Positions 1-9,479 of a stretch of 64,000 nt of DNA are shown here, one piece after another. The stretch comes from Dehalococcoidia bacterium. Lineage in GTDB: Bacteria; Chloroflexota; Dehalococcoidia; GIF9; AB-539-J10. The stretch spans positions 96,395 through 160,394 of the forward strand of contig JAGGVQ010000017.1 of assembly GCA_021157895.1 (NCBI GenBank), read 5' to 3'. Numbering within the stretch: position 1 is the first letter of the stretch; the number at the start of each line of letters is the position of its first letter. The notes under the pieces were generated by a model. It made no database searches, was not told where the DNA came from, and worked only from the letters and a program-made list of their open reading frames with translations. The position numbers were made by a program, and so were the translations under genes.

Positions 1-1
1 A

Positions 2-427
2 CTGGATGTGAACATCCCTGCTGGTGTAGATAATGGATACCAGCTTCGGCTTTCTGGGGAGGGGGATGTGGGGTTGTATGGTGGGGCGTTTGGCGATCTC
101 TATGTTGATGTCTCTGTAGAGCCGCACCCCTTGTTTGAACGGGATGGAGTTGATATTTTGTATGAGTTGCCGATGAATTTTGCTCAACTAGCTTTGGGGG
201 CTGAAGTAATAGTGCCTACGCTTGATGGGGACCAGAAGTTAAAAGTACCCTCTGGAACACAAAGCGGCAAGGTGTTTCGTTTAAAGGGAAAGGGGGTTCC
301 GCGCCTGAAGGGTAGGGGAAGGGGTGACCAGTTGATTAGAGTAAGGGCGGTTACTCCAGAGTCCCTGGATAAAGAGCAACGCCATATTTTTGAAGAGCTA
401 GCCAGAGTGCTGACTGATCCGAAATAG
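2..427 (+). CDS. dnaJ: Chaperone DnaJ, C-terminal fragment (5' end lies upstream of window)
   Basis: The frame is open from the window edge. The sequence looks like a DnaJ C-terminal substrate-binding/dimerisation region (GDLYV, KLKVPSGTQSGKVFRLKGKGVP, GDQLIRV). The J-domain and zinc finger are not in the window. Confidence 0.85.
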   Translation: MDVNIPAGVDNGYQLRLSGEGDVGLYGGAFGDLYVDVSVEPHPLFERDGVDILYELPMNFAQLALGAEVIVPTLDGDQKLKVPSGTQSGKVFRLKGKGVPRLKGRGRGDQLIRVRAVTPESLDKEQRHIFEELARVLTDPK

Positions 428-441
428 ACATGTCACCGCAT

Positions 442-1413
442 TTATGAACCCAGATATTGTTCTTGAGCTAATTGTTCTAATCTTGCAACTGCCTGAGATA
501 TAGGAAAGTTTTCAAACAGGATTTCGTAGATAAGATTGGATATGGGCGCCTCCAAGTTTTCTTGCTGTGTTAATTGATGAACTGCCATGGTAGTGTATAT
601 TCCCTCGGCTACTTGTGACATGGATGACCGTACCTCATCCAGTGGGTAACCTTGCGCTAGTTTGTGGCCGGCGTAATGATTGCGACTAAGGTCACCAGCG
701 CAGGTTGCTATCAGGTCTCCCAGACCAGCCAGACCATAAAAGGTATTGACTCTAGCCCCTAACGCTAATCCTAGGGAGATAACTTCATTCCAGCTCCAAG
801 TTATAAACGCTGCCTTGGTATTGTCTCCCATGTTTAAACCATCGAGTATCCCCGCACCCAAGGCGATAATGTTTTTTAAAGCTCCACTTAGCTCAACGCC
901 AGTGATGTCATCAGTGGTGGATATGAGGAATTTAGGGGAGCTGAGTATTTTGCTGGCCTTTTCTGCTATGTGTATGTTGGCAGCAGCAATGACGGATGCT
1001 GCAGGAAGCCCCTGGGCAATCTCTCTGGCTAGATTGGGCCCAGAGAGTGCGCATATCTGTTGCCTTAGTTCAGGAGCAACTTCATCTTCTATCACCTGCG
1101 ACATTCTTTTCCCAGTCTCCATCTCTAAGCCTTTGGCTGCGCTCATCAATATCATTGATTGGGATAGGTGATTCTTGATGTGGAGAACATTTTCCCTAAG
1201 TTTTTGTGATGGGACTACCCAGATTACCAGTTCAGAGTCTTTGAGTGCTTCCTCAGCATTACTGGTGGAAGAAAAGGCCAGTGCTTTCTGATTTACTTTC
1301 TGGGCTTCGGGTTCAGTGCGAGCGAGTAACTTGACCTCAACCCCGTTGTTGCCCAACAAGGAACCGAGAGTGTTTCCCCATGTAGTGTTGCCGATGATGG
1401 TAGTCTTATGCAC
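442..1413 (-). CDS. gpsA: NAD(P)H-dependent glycerol-3-phosphate dehydrogenase
   Basis: 323-aa ORF with GpsA landmarks: SGPNLAREIA, GALKNIIALGAG, GLGDLIATC. The N-terminal dinucleotide fold reads IIGNTTWGNTLG. It lies downstream of der-plsY on the same strand. Confidence 0.9.
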   Translation of the reverse strand: MHKTTIIGNTTWGNTLGSLLGNNGVEVKLLARTEPEAQKVNQKALAFSSTSNAEEALKDSELVIWVVPSQKLRENVLHIKNHLSQSMILMSAAKGLEMETGKRMSQVIEDEVAPELRQQICALSGPNLAREIAQGLPAASVIAAANIHIAEKASKILSSPKFLISTTDDITGVELSGALKNIIALGAGILDGLNMGDNTKAAFITWSWNEVISLGLALGARVNTFYGLAGLGDLIATCAGDLSRNHYAGHKLAQGYPLDEVRSSMSQVAEGIYTTMAVHQLTQQENLEAPISNLIYEILFENFPISQAVARLEQLAQEQYLGS

Positions 1414-1422
1414 TGAGGGAAG

Positions 1423-2073
1423 CTATAAAATCCTTTCTCCCAATCGGCGTTCTGTGCCGTGGCGTAAGCGAGCCATGTTATCTCGGTGCTGGTAGATAAC
1501 CAGTCCAATAGCGGCCAAGCAGTAAGCTAGATAGATGGGAGGCCAGTTGTAGATAATTGTTAGTGGGATTAACATGCACCAGGTAGCAATGATGCCCAGA
1601 ATTGAGCCTAAAGACATGTGTTTACTGCGCAGTGCTGAGATAGCCAGTACTTCACCACCAAATAAGGCTAATGGTGGGGATATTGCGAGGATTGTGCCGA
1701 AGAAGGCAGTTACGCCCCGTCCGCCCTTAAATTTGGTGAATATGGGCCAAGTGTGTCCTGCAACTGCTGCCAATCCTGCCATTACTTGGGCGGCCTGCCA
1801 TTCGACAGGGATTCCAGCTATGTTTATCAAGCCAGAGCCCACAATCACTTTTGCTAATAATACCGCGCCTGTCGCCTTCGATACGTCACATATAATGACC
1901 AGAAGGCTTGCCTTGGTTCCCACGGCTCGCAGCACATTGGTAGCCCCAGTTTTACCGCTTCCGTAGTTTCTTATATCGATATTGCTCTTGAGTTTAGCTA
2001 TTATGAGGCCAAAAGGAATGGAGCCTAGAAGATAACCAATTAACACTACAGCGATAAATTTAGCAATTATCAT
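1423..2073 (-). CDS. plsY: Acyl-phosphate:glycerol-3-phosphate acyltransferase PlsY
   Basis: 216-aa multi-TM ORF with GSIPFG and GSGKTGATNV (the GSGNxGATN-type PlsY motif). Its start overlaps the der stop by 4 nt. Confidence 0.9.
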   Translation of the reverse strand: MIIAKFIAVVLIGYLLGSIPFGLIIAKLKSNIDIRNYGSGKTGATNVLRAVGTKASLLVIICDVSKATGAVLLAKVIVGSGLINIAGIPVEWQAAQVMAGLAAVAGHTWPIFTKFKGGRGVTAFFGTILAISPPLALFGGEVLAISALRSKHMSLGSILGIIATWCMLIPLTIIYNWPPIYLAYCLAAIGLVIYQHRDNMARLRHGTERRLGERIL

Positions 2074-3410
2074 GCATACACCACCTTTTTCCTCTTGCTG
2101 TTTTTGTGGGCAGCCTTGGTGAAAATTATTCTCAATGGGTTGCCATAGAGGTCAACCCCTTGGCGAAGCTGATTGGTCAAGTATCGTTGATAAGAAAAGT
2201 GAACTAGGCGCGGGTCATTAACCCTGATAATGAATGTAGTAGGTTGGTACCGATCTTGGTATGCCTCGGCGACATGTAATTGTCGAGTGCCTCGGCGAGG
2301 GGGAGGATATACACTAATTGCTTTATGGATTAGTTCCTCTACCGTTGATTGTGATAGATGATGCTGCCTTTTTTCCCATATTTGCCAAGCCTTGGGCAAG
2401 ATATAATTTATCCCACTGCCTGACTTGGCTGACAGGTACAGCGTGGGAATATAGGACATGAAATTAAGCCTGTGACTCAACTGCTGCTTGAATTCCTGTC
2501 TATCCTCTTGAGGGACAAGATCCCATTTATTAACTATCAGCACCATACCTTTTCCCATATCTATTATATATCCTGCAATATGCATGTCTTGGGCAGTAAT
2601 GAATTGAGTGGCATCAACTAACAGCAGCGCAACATCACATTGGTCAATTGCTTGAAGCGTGCGTAATAGGCCGTAGTAATCAATTCCGGGGCTAGTTCTT
2701 CCGCGTCTTCTTATGCCTCCGGTGTCAATCAGTAGGGCTTTTTTATCATCCCAGTGTATTACGGTATGAATAGAGTCACGGGTTGTCCCTGGTGAGGCGT
2801 CGGTGATAGCCCTTTCCTCGCCCAGTAATTTGTTTAGCAGCGTTGATTTGCCAACATTGGGTCTCCCAACAATGGCCAGTTTAGTTTCCTCCATTTTTAT
2901 TGGGGTAGTATGCGAGTGTGGTATATAGCTCAACACGGTGTCCATAAGTTGCATTATGCCCCGGTTGTGATAGGCACTGATGGGCATTGGGCTGCCAAAT
3001 CCTAGGCGGTAAAAATCGGTTATGTTTATGTGTGACGATGAATCTATTTTGTTTGCTACCAGCACTATGGGTTTATTGGCGACGCGCAACATTTCAGCTA
3101 AGTCTTCGTCAGCGGGGATAAGCCCATCTTTAACGTCTACCATGAAAAGAATGACATCTGCCTGAGCGATGGCCACCTCTGTTTGCTGTTTAGCCATTTT
3201 ATCTAGGGGGGTTGGTGGTCGTATTTGCCAGCCACCAGTATCAACCAATGTTAGTTCATTTCCCTGCCAGGATACAGAGGTATCGATGCGATCCCTGGTG
3301 GTTCTAGGCATATCAGCGATGATGCTTAACCTGTGGCCCACAAGGCGGTTGAGCAAGGTTGATTTTCCCACATTGGTTCTACCAACAATAGCTACGATTG
3401 GCTGTGTCAT
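2070..3410 (-). CDS. der: Ribosome-associated GTPase Der (EngA)
   Basis: 446 aa with two tandem GTPase domains (GRTNVGKST...DTGG...NKID and GRPNVGKST...DTGG...NKWD), followed by a KH-like C-terminus. Confidence 0.93.
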   Translation of the reverse strand: MTQPIVAIVGRTNVGKSTLLNRLVGHRLSIIADMPRTTRDRIDTSVSWQGNELTLVDTGGWQIRPPTPLDKMAKQQTEVAIAQADVILFMVDVKDGLIPADEDLAEMLRVANKPIVLVANKIDSSSHINITDFYRLGFGSPMPISAYHNRGIMQLMDTVLSYIPHSHTTPIKMEETKLAIVGRPNVGKSTLLNKLLGEERAITDASPGTTRDSIHTVIHWDDKKALLIDTGGIRRRGRTSPGIDYYGLLRTLQAIDQCDVALLLVDATQFITAQDMHIAGYIIDMGKGMVLIVNKWDLVPQEDRQEFKQQLSHRLNFMSYIPTLYLSAKSGSGINYILPKAWQIWEKRQHHLSQSTVEELIHKAISVYPPPRRGTRQLHVAEAYQDRYQPTTFIIRVNDPRLVHFSYQRYLTNQLRQGVDLYGNPLRIIFTKAAHKNSKRKKVVYA

Positions 3411-3416
3411 CTTTGC

Positions 3417-4352
3417 TTACACCAAATTGCTTGGGGAGAGAAGCTTGATCAGAAGGGCCTTCTCCATATGCAACTTATTTTCTGCTTGGTCAAAGACTAC
3501 TGATTGGGCTTTATCTATCAGGCCAGCGGAGACCTCCTCGTTATTATGAGCCGGCAAAGGATGCATGAACAAAGCTGCACTTTTTGCCGAGTCTAATAAT
3601 TTATTATCTACCTGATACTGAGAAAAGGCAAGACGGCGTTTCTTTGCTTCTGCTTCTTGCCCCATGCTTGTCCATACATCAGTGTAGACTATGTCAGCCT
3701 CCTTGACTGCCTCGTAGGGGTCGCTGGTCAAGTTTATTCCGCTGCCGCTAGCGGCAGCGGACTTTTTTGCCTGTTGTAGTAGAGAGTCCTTGATTTTGTA
3801 ACCGGGAGGTGAGGCGAAATGAAAGTTTATACCGCTTAATGTGGCTGCCAGCAGTAAGCTATTGGCAACGTTATTTCCATCTCCGACAAACGCTAGGGTT
3901 AACCCGTGGAGCTTGCCTTTCTTTTCATATATTGTCAGGAGGTCAGATAAAGCTTGGCAAGGATGTTCCAGGTCAGATAGAGCATTTATCACTGGTATAG
4001 TTGAGTGTTGTGCTAAGGTGGTGACAGTTTCATGGGAAAAAGTGCGAGCAGCGATGCAATCGACGTATCGACTGAGCACACGAGCAACATCAGGTATTGA
4101 TTCTCGTTGCCCCAGGCCGATTTCTGCCGGAGATAGGTAGACAGTGTGTCCTCCTAATTCATGCATGGCGATATCGAAGCTTACCTTGGTGCGTAGCGAT
4201 GGTTTTTCAAATAGTAAGGCCAGCGATTTCCCCGAGAGCAAGTCACACGGGCCTCGCTGCTTCAAGCTCAAGGCTTGCTGCAACAGGCTTTCAATCTCCT
4301 CATGGGTGAGATCAGATACCGAAAGCAAATCCTTTTTTATAGGAACACTCAT
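3417..4352 (-). CDS. argF: Ornithine carbamoyltransferase
   Basis: 311 aa. FEKPSLRTKVSF is the STRTR-type carbamoyl-phosphate site. HPCQ, DVWTSMGQE and HPLPAH (HCLP-type) favour ornithine over aspartate carbamoyltransferase. Confidence 0.85.
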   Translation of the reverse strand: MSVPIKKDLLSVSDLTHEEIESLLQQALSLKQRGPCDLLSGKSLALLFEKPSLRTKVSFDIAMHELGGHTVYLSPAEIGLGQRESIPDVARVLSRYVDCIAARTFSHETVTTLAQHSTIPVINALSDLEHPCQALSDLLTIYEKKGKLHGLTLAFVGDGNNVANSLLLAATLSGINFHFASPPGYKIKDSLLQQAKKSAAASGSGINLTSDPYEAVKEADIVYTDVWTSMGQEAEAKKRRLAFSQYQVDNKLLDSAKSAALFMHPLPAHNNEEVSAGLIDKAQSVVFDQAENKLHMEKALLIKLLSPSNLV

Positions 4353-4361
4353 CTTTAGTGT

Positions 4362-4389
4362 ATTATACTACTATAGGAATGAGGGTCAT
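4362..4389 (-). promoter_or_regulatory. Sigma70-like promoter of argF (ATGACC-N16-TATAAT); likely leaderless transcript
   Basis: On the minus strand a perfect TATAAT (4367..4362) lies 9 nt upstream of the argF ATG (4352). No SD sequence lies in between. A -35-like ATGACC sits at 4389..4384. Confidence 0.45.
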
Positions 4390-4394
4390 AGTGG

Positions 4395-7142
4395 GTGATA
4401 TTTAGCATGGGAAGAGATCCAGTTAGCAAGGAATTAATCTTATTGTTCGATGGTCATGCCATGCTGTATCGTGCTTTCCATGCTCTGCCTCCCCTAACAG
4501 TCCCGAAAACAGGGGAGATGATAAATGCTGTCTATGGCTTTGCCAGCACTGCACTTAAAGTTCTTGGAGAATTTCACCCTACATACTGGGCTGTTGCCTT
4601 TGATCGCCCTACCCCCACTTTCAGACATGAGCAGTTCAAGGAGTATAAGGCACAGCGTCCTGAAATGCCTCAGGAATTAAGGAGTCAGATGGGGCGGGTT
4701 CACCAGTTGGTAGAAGCTTTTAATATGCCCATATTTGAGGTCGATGGGTTCGAGGCAGATGATGTTCTGGGGACATTGAGTAATCAAGCCAGAGATAGTG
4801 GAGTGGATGTTATTATTGTTACAGCCGATAATGATATATTGCAACTAGTGCTTCCCCATGTGAAGGCTCTGGTTCCTGGTCGGGGCCTTAATGATATTGT
4901 CCTTTACGATGAAGAGGCGGTATATAACAAATATGGAGTAGAACCTGAGCGTATGATTGACCTTAAGTCGCTAGTTGGTGATGTTTCCGACAATATACCT
5001 GGTGTACCTGGTATCGGGGAAAAGACAGCAGTCAGATTGCTGCAGGCATATGGTAACTTGGAACAGGTCTACGTTAACATTGAGGCTGTTACACCAGCGA
5101 AATTACAGTTAGCTCTGCGACAATACCGGGATCGGGTCTTCCAAAATAAAGAGCTTGTTACTATAGTTAAGAATGTCCCCATCACATTAAGTTTGGATGA
5201 TTGTCGAGTAAATCGCTATGAGCGGAGCAAGGTGGCACAACTGTTTCGGGAGCTCGGGTTTGCCAAGTTGTTTTCTCGTTTACCCCAGCAAGTAGATGAA
5301 GAAAAGCATACAGTGGTTAATCAGCTTACCTCTGAGTCGAAGGGGCGAATCATTGCCACTGAAGCTGATTTACATAAGCTGATAAAGGGACTGGAAGCAA
5401 CATCTATTTGTGCCATAGATGTCGAGACCTCGCGAATGGAGGCCAGGACAACGGAAATAGTTGGCTTGGCAATTTCCCCTGCTAAGGGAGCAGTGTTTTA
5501 TATCCCTATGGGGCATGTCACTCTTGGTGATGCCAAACAATTGCCACTGATCCATGTTGTATCTGCGTTAAAGCCCTTCTTGGAAGACGACAGCAAGGAG
5601 AAGATTGCTCACGATGGTAAATTCACCATGCGTGTCTTGGCCAGTTATGGGGTTGAAGTTAAAAATGTGAGTTTTGATACCATGATTGCGGCATATTTGC
5701 TCGGGGAGAAAAACCTGTCTCTTGGAGTCCTGGCTTTTAACCGTCTGGGCATGGAGATAATGTTCCTTGATGAGAGATCTGGAATGCGAAAGAAGAACCG
5801 CCAGATATGCTTGATGGATATAGGCCAGGTTGCTGACCATGCCTGTAGTAATATCTCTGCTATCTGGAGGATGCATGACCTTCTATTGCAGGAGTTGCAT
5901 CAAAAAGGCCTATGGAAACTTTTTAAGCAGGTGGAGATGCCTTTGCTTCCCGTATTGGCTACTATGGAGAGATGTGGTATTTCCTTAGATGTTAATTTGC
6001 TGGAGGAGATGTCTGTTAGATTGGGTAATGACTTACTGAATTTGGAGGCAGAGATTTATAATAGTATTGGACACAGGTTTAATATTAATTCTCCTAAACA
6101 ATTGGCCAGCGTGCTGTTTGAGGATCTCAGGTTACCGCAGTCACGCAAAACAAAAGGCAGCTATTCTACTGAAGCTTCAGTGCTCAAAAAGTTAGTAGGC
6201 GTGCATCCAGTGGTGGCACTGGTTCTGGAATATCGCCAACTGAGCAAACTGAAATCAACATATATTGATGCCTTGCCACTACTGGTCGATACTAAAACAG
6301 GGAGACTTCATACTACTTTCAATCAGGTGGGCACTACGACGGGGCGGCTTTCCTCTAGTGAGCCCAACTTACAAAATATCCCTGTGAGAGGTGATCTGGG
6401 AAGCCAGATCAGGCAGGCATTTGTAGCATCCCCGGGATCGTGTTTACTGAGTGCTGATTATTCTCAGATAGACCTCAGGGTACTGTCACATTTATCCCAA
6501 GACCCTCATCTTATAGCTGCCTTTATTAATGGTGAGGATATCCATGCCGCTACTGCTTCCAGTATATTCGCTGTTTCCAAGAATGAAGTTACCCCTGATA
6601 TGCGTCGTGTTGCTAAGACAGTTAATTTTGGCATCATCTATGGTATGAGCGATTATGGGTTGGAGCAAGCAACAGAATTAAGCCGAAGTGAAGCTGCCAG
6701 ATTTATCACCTTATATTTCGAGCGACATCCCAAGGTGAAAGAATATATTGAGACAACCAAGAAGCAAGCCAAAGAGCTTGGCTATGTACAGACAGTGCTG
6801 GGTCATCGGAGGTTGATACCTGAAATCAATTCTCCCAACAAGTATTTGAGAGAATCTGCTGAAAGAATGGCGATAAATGCACCAGTGCAGGGGAGCTCTG
6901 CGGACATTATCAAGGTTGCCATGATCGCTCTGCATAGAGATATGAAAGGGCGCAATCTGCGTAGCAAGATGTTATTGCAAATTCACGATGAGCTGATCTT
7001 TGAAGTGCCGTCAGCGGAGATAGCAGAGATGGCATCTCTGGTTACTGAGGCGATGGTTCATGCAATAGAGCTTTGTGTTCCGTTGAAAGTGGATTTGAAA
7101 TCAGGGAAAAACTGGAAGGATATGTCTCCCCTTGGTGAATAG
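4395..7142 (+). CDS. polA: DNA polymerase I (5'-3' exo, 3'-5' exo and polymerase domains)
   Basis: 915-aa ORF. It has an N-terminal 5' nuclease region (LLFDGHAMLYRAFHA), an exo I-like AIDVETS motif, and Pol A motifs (DYSQIDLRVLSH, RRVAKTVNFGIIYG, QIHDELIFE). The start could be GTG 4395 or ATG 4407. Confidence 0.95.
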   Translation: MIFSMGRDPVSKELILLFDGHAMLYRAFHALPPLTVPKTGEMINAVYGFASTALKVLGEFHPTYWAVAFDRPTPTFRHEQFKEYKAQRPEMPQELRSQMGRVHQLVEAFNMPIFEVDGFEADDVLGTLSNQARDSGVDVIIVTADNDILQLVLPHVKALVPGRGLNDIVLYDEEAVYNKYGVEPERMIDLKSLVGDVSDNIPGVPGIGEKTAVRLLQAYGNLEQVYVNIEAVTPAKLQLALRQYRDRVFQNKELVTIVKNVPITLSLDDCRVNRYERSKVAQLFRELGFAKLFSRLPQQVDEEKHTVVNQLTSESKGRIIATEADLHKLIKGLEATSICAIDVETSRMEARTTEIVGLAISPAKGAVFYIPMGHVTLGDAKQLPLIHVVSALKPFLEDDSKEKIAHDGKFTMRVLASYGVEVKNVSFDTMIAAYLLGEKNLSLGVLAFNRLGMEIMFLDERSGMRKKNRQICLMDIGQVADHACSNISAIWRMHDLLLQELHQKGLWKLFKQVEMPLLPVLATMERCGISLDVNLLEEMSVRLGNDLLNLEAEIYNSIGHRFNINSPKQLASVLFEDLRLPQSRKTKGSYSTEASVLKKLVGVHPVVALVLEYRQLSKLKSTYIDALPLLVDTKTGRLHTTFNQVGTTTGRLSSSEPNLQNIPVRGDLGSQIRQAFVASPGSCLLSADYSQIDLRVLSHLSQDPHLIAAFINGEDIHAATASSIFAVSKNEVTPDMRRVAKTVNFGIIYGMSDYGLEQATELSRSEAARFITLYFERHPKVKEYIETTKKQAKELGYVQTVLGHRRLIPEINSPNKYLRESAERMAINAPVQGSSADIIKVAMIALHRDMKGRNLRSKMLLQIHDELIFEVPSAEIAEMASLVTEAMVHAIELCVPLKVDLKSGKNWKDMSPLGE

Positions 7143-7162
7143 GGGGGGATAGCCAAGTTAGT

Positions 7163-8566
7163 TCAGCCGGTGTTTTTTAGATAGCTATCAATGGAAGTTG
7201 CGGCTATCTTCCCGGCTCCCATGGCGCTGATGACGGTAGCTGCCCCAGTAGCCATGTCTCCTCCACACCAGACGCTGTCCTTGCTGGTTCTGCCTGTAGC
7301 TGCATCTGTTTTTACAGAGCCCCATCTGGTCAAATCCAGATCTGTGGTTGATGAAGGAATCAGGGGGTTAGGTTTTGTTCCCAGCGCAACGATTGCTGTA
7401 TCAATGTCGATAGTGAATTCACTTTCCGGTATAGTTATAGGCCTACGCCTACCAGTGTCATCGTGCTCGCCAAGCTTCATTTTATATAGCTCAATTGCGG
7501 TAAGCTTACCCCGGTCATCGCCGATAAATCTTTTGGGATTTGTCAGGAGAGTGAAAATCACTCCCTCTTCTTCGGCATTCTCTCTCTCTTCCTGTCTTGC
7601 TGGCATTTCTGTTCTGGAGCGGCGATATATGATGTATACTTTTTCAGCGCCAAGTCTTACAGCACATCTTGCGGCATCCATGGCGACATTGCCGCCACCA
7701 ATCACAGCTACCCTGTTACCTGTTTTTATTGGTGTATCATATTCGGGAAAGAGATAGGCCTTCATGAGATTGATTCTAGTAAGGAATTCATTGGCAGAAT
7801 AGATTCCGTTGAGGTTTTCGCCTGGTATATTGAGAAACATTGGAGCTCCAGCTCCCGGAGCCAGAAATACAGCAGCATAGCCATTTTTCAAGATATCATC
7901 CACGGTGGATATCTTTCCTATTACCTGGTCAAGCTGTATTTCAACACCCAGCGATTTGACATAATCTATCTCGCCTTGGACTATGTCTTTGGGGAGCCTG
8001 AAGGATGGAATTCCGTATGTTAATACTCCACCGGCTGAATGGAGTGCCTCAAATATCGTTACCTCATACCCCATTTGCGCTAGCTGGGCGCTGCAGGATA
8101 AGCCTGCTGGTCCTGAGCCAACAATGGCTATCTTCTTTCCATGGTGGTCGATGTGGGCCCCTTGTTTTCGAACGAGCTCTGGGTGGGAGCGTTCCCAATC
8201 AGCGACGTAACGTTCCAATCTGCCGATGGCCACAGGGGCGCCTTTTTTGGCTAATACGCAACTCTTCTCGCACTGAGATTCCTGGGGACAGACCCTGCCA
8301 CAGATGCCAGGGAGACTATTCTTGCGCTTGAGAATATGTGTTGCTTCAGGCATATCATGTTCACGCAGCGCTTTTATGAAGTCAGGGATGTCAATGCCTA
8401 CAGGACATCCTGCAACACATGGTGGTTTGGGGCACTGGAGACAACGGCTAGCTTCCTCCAGCGCTTGCTCTGGGGTATAACCTAAAGCAACCTCGTCGAA
8501 GTTGTTTTTTCTTGATTCCAGAGGCTGCTTGGGCATCGGTTGGCGATTTAAGTTTATCTTTGCCAT
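7163..8566 (-). CDS. nfnB: GltD/SudA/NfnB-family NADPH-dependent FAD oxidoreductase, large subunit (two 4Fe-4S sites)
   Basis: 467 aa with N-terminal Cys clusters (CLQCPKPPCVAGCP; CGRVCPQESQCEKSC) and two dinucleotide folds (VGSGPAGLS; VIGGGNVAMD). It is paired 3 nt downstream of a PyrK-like subunit. The NfnB versus SudA/GltD-like assignment is not resolvable by eye. Confidence 0.75.
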   Translation of the reverse strand: MAKINLNRQPMPKQPLESRKNNFDEVALGYTPEQALEEASRCLQCPKPPCVAGCPVGIDIPDFIKALREHDMPEATHILKRKNSLPGICGRVCPQESQCEKSCVLAKKGAPVAIGRLERYVADWERSHPELVRKQGAHIDHHGKKIAIVGSGPAGLSCSAQLAQMGYEVTIFEALHSAGGVLTYGIPSFRLPKDIVQGEIDYVKSLGVEIQLDQVIGKISTVDDILKNGYAAVFLAPGAGAPMFLNIPGENLNGIYSANEFLTRINLMKAYLFPEYDTPIKTGNRVAVIGGGNVAMDAARCAVRLGAEKVYIIYRRSRTEMPARQEERENAEEEGVIFTLLTNPKRFIGDDRGKLTAIELYKMKLGEHDDTGRRRPITIPESEFTIDIDTAIVALGTKPNPLIPSSTTDLDLTRWGSVKTDAATGRTSKDSVWCGGDMATGAATVISAMGAGKIAATSIDSYLKNTG

Positions 8567-8569
8567 GGC

Positions 8570-9409
8570 TTAAAACTCGGGACGTAGCCTTTTTTCTAAT
8601 AGTCGCTGTGATTCTCTCTCTTCATCTAAATATATACGCTGGCGATTCATTAGTAGGTCCCAGTCAACCGCATGTCCGTCGAAGTCTGGACCGTCGACAC
8701 AGGCAAACATGGTTTTTCCTCCTATAGAGACGCGGCAGCTGCCACACATGCCTGTGCCATCGACCATTATGGGATTGAGGCTCACCATGGTTTTGACACC
8801 AAAGGACATAGTGGTTGTAGAACAAGCTTTCATCATGATGGTGGGGCCAATGGCAATCACCCTGTTGATAGTATCTTGCTCTAACAGTTCTTCTAGCGGC
8901 TCAGTAACCAACCCTTTACGTTTATATGAGCCGTCATCGGTGGTTATGATGAGATTGTCGCTTACTTCCTTCAATCTGTCTTCCCAGAATACCAGGTCTT
9001 TTGTACGAAAACCCATTATGGATATGACTCTATTACCTGCTTGTTTCATAGCTCGAGCAATAGGTACTATTGTGGCGATGGCAAAGCCACCGGCGACACA
9101 AGCTACAGTGCCAAAGGATTTTATTTCTGTAGGACGCCCCAGTGGTCCAACGAAATTCAGCAGGGTATCCCCAACATTTAGACAAGCCAGTTTTTTTGTG
9201 GTGGCACCTACTTCCATGAAGACGATGGTTATGCTTCCTTCTTGTTTGTCCCAGTCGGCAATGGTTATGGGGATACGCTCGCCCTTCTCGTCGCCCCTGA
9301 CCATGGTGAATTGTCCAGCCTGGGCTTTACTGGCTATGGCTGGTGCTTCAACCCTGAGCAGGTGAATGCCCTGAGCGAGGTCTTTTTTAGCTATGATTCG
9401 ATAGCTCAT
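8570..9409 (-). CDS. nfnA: PyrK/SudB/NfnA-family FAD / 2Fe-2S electron-transfer subunit
   Basis: 279 aa with a ferredoxin-reductase-like fold and a C-terminal Cys cluster (DGTGMCGSCRV...ACVDGP). It lies immediately upstream of the GltD-like subunit. Confidence 0.75.
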   Translation of the reverse strand: MSYRIIAKKDLAQGIHLLRVEAPAIASKAQAGQFTMVRGDEKGERIPITIADWDKQEGSITIVFMEVGATTKKLACLNVGDTLLNFVGPLGRPTEIKSFGTVACVAGGFAIATIVPIARAMKQAGNRVISIMGFRTKDLVFWEDRLKEVSDNLIITTDDGSYKRKGLVTEPLEELLEQDTINRVIAIGPTIMMKACSTTTMSFGVKTMVSLNPIMVDGTGMCGSCRVSIGGKTMFACVDGPDFDGHAVDWDLLMNRQRIYLDEERESQRLLEKRLRPEF

Positions 9410-9423
9410 ACTACTAATTGTAG

Positions 9424-9452
9424 ATTATAGCACCTGGAATTGAGGTTGTAAG
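9424..9452 (-). promoter_or_regulatory. Promoter of the nfnAB-like operon (CTTACA-N17-TGcTATAAT, extended -10)
   Basis: The minus strand reads TGCTATAAT at 9432..9424, with a -35-like CTTACA at 9452..9447. Only 14 nt separate the -10 from the ATG at 9409, and no SD is visible. Confidence 0.45.
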
Positions 9453-9479
9453 GTTCATCTTGATACACTGGTTAGTGAG

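Noticed and set aside
8709-9365. Long antisense ORFs opposite well-supported genes. Examples:
- 8709..9365 (218 aa), opposite nfnA.
- 7191..7757 (188 aa), opposite nfnB.
- 48222..48779 (185 aa), opposite etfB.
- 37795..38265, opposite hbd.
- 53649..54116, across the pckA-like/dnaK junction.
- 746..1171, opposite gpsA.
- 1574..1966, opposite plsY.
   Set aside because: In each case the opposite strand encodes a protein with unmistakable family motifs. The antisense translations are low-complexity (Ser/Pro/Ala/Leu-rich), lack SD-supported starts, and are the usual shadow frames of codon-biased genes.
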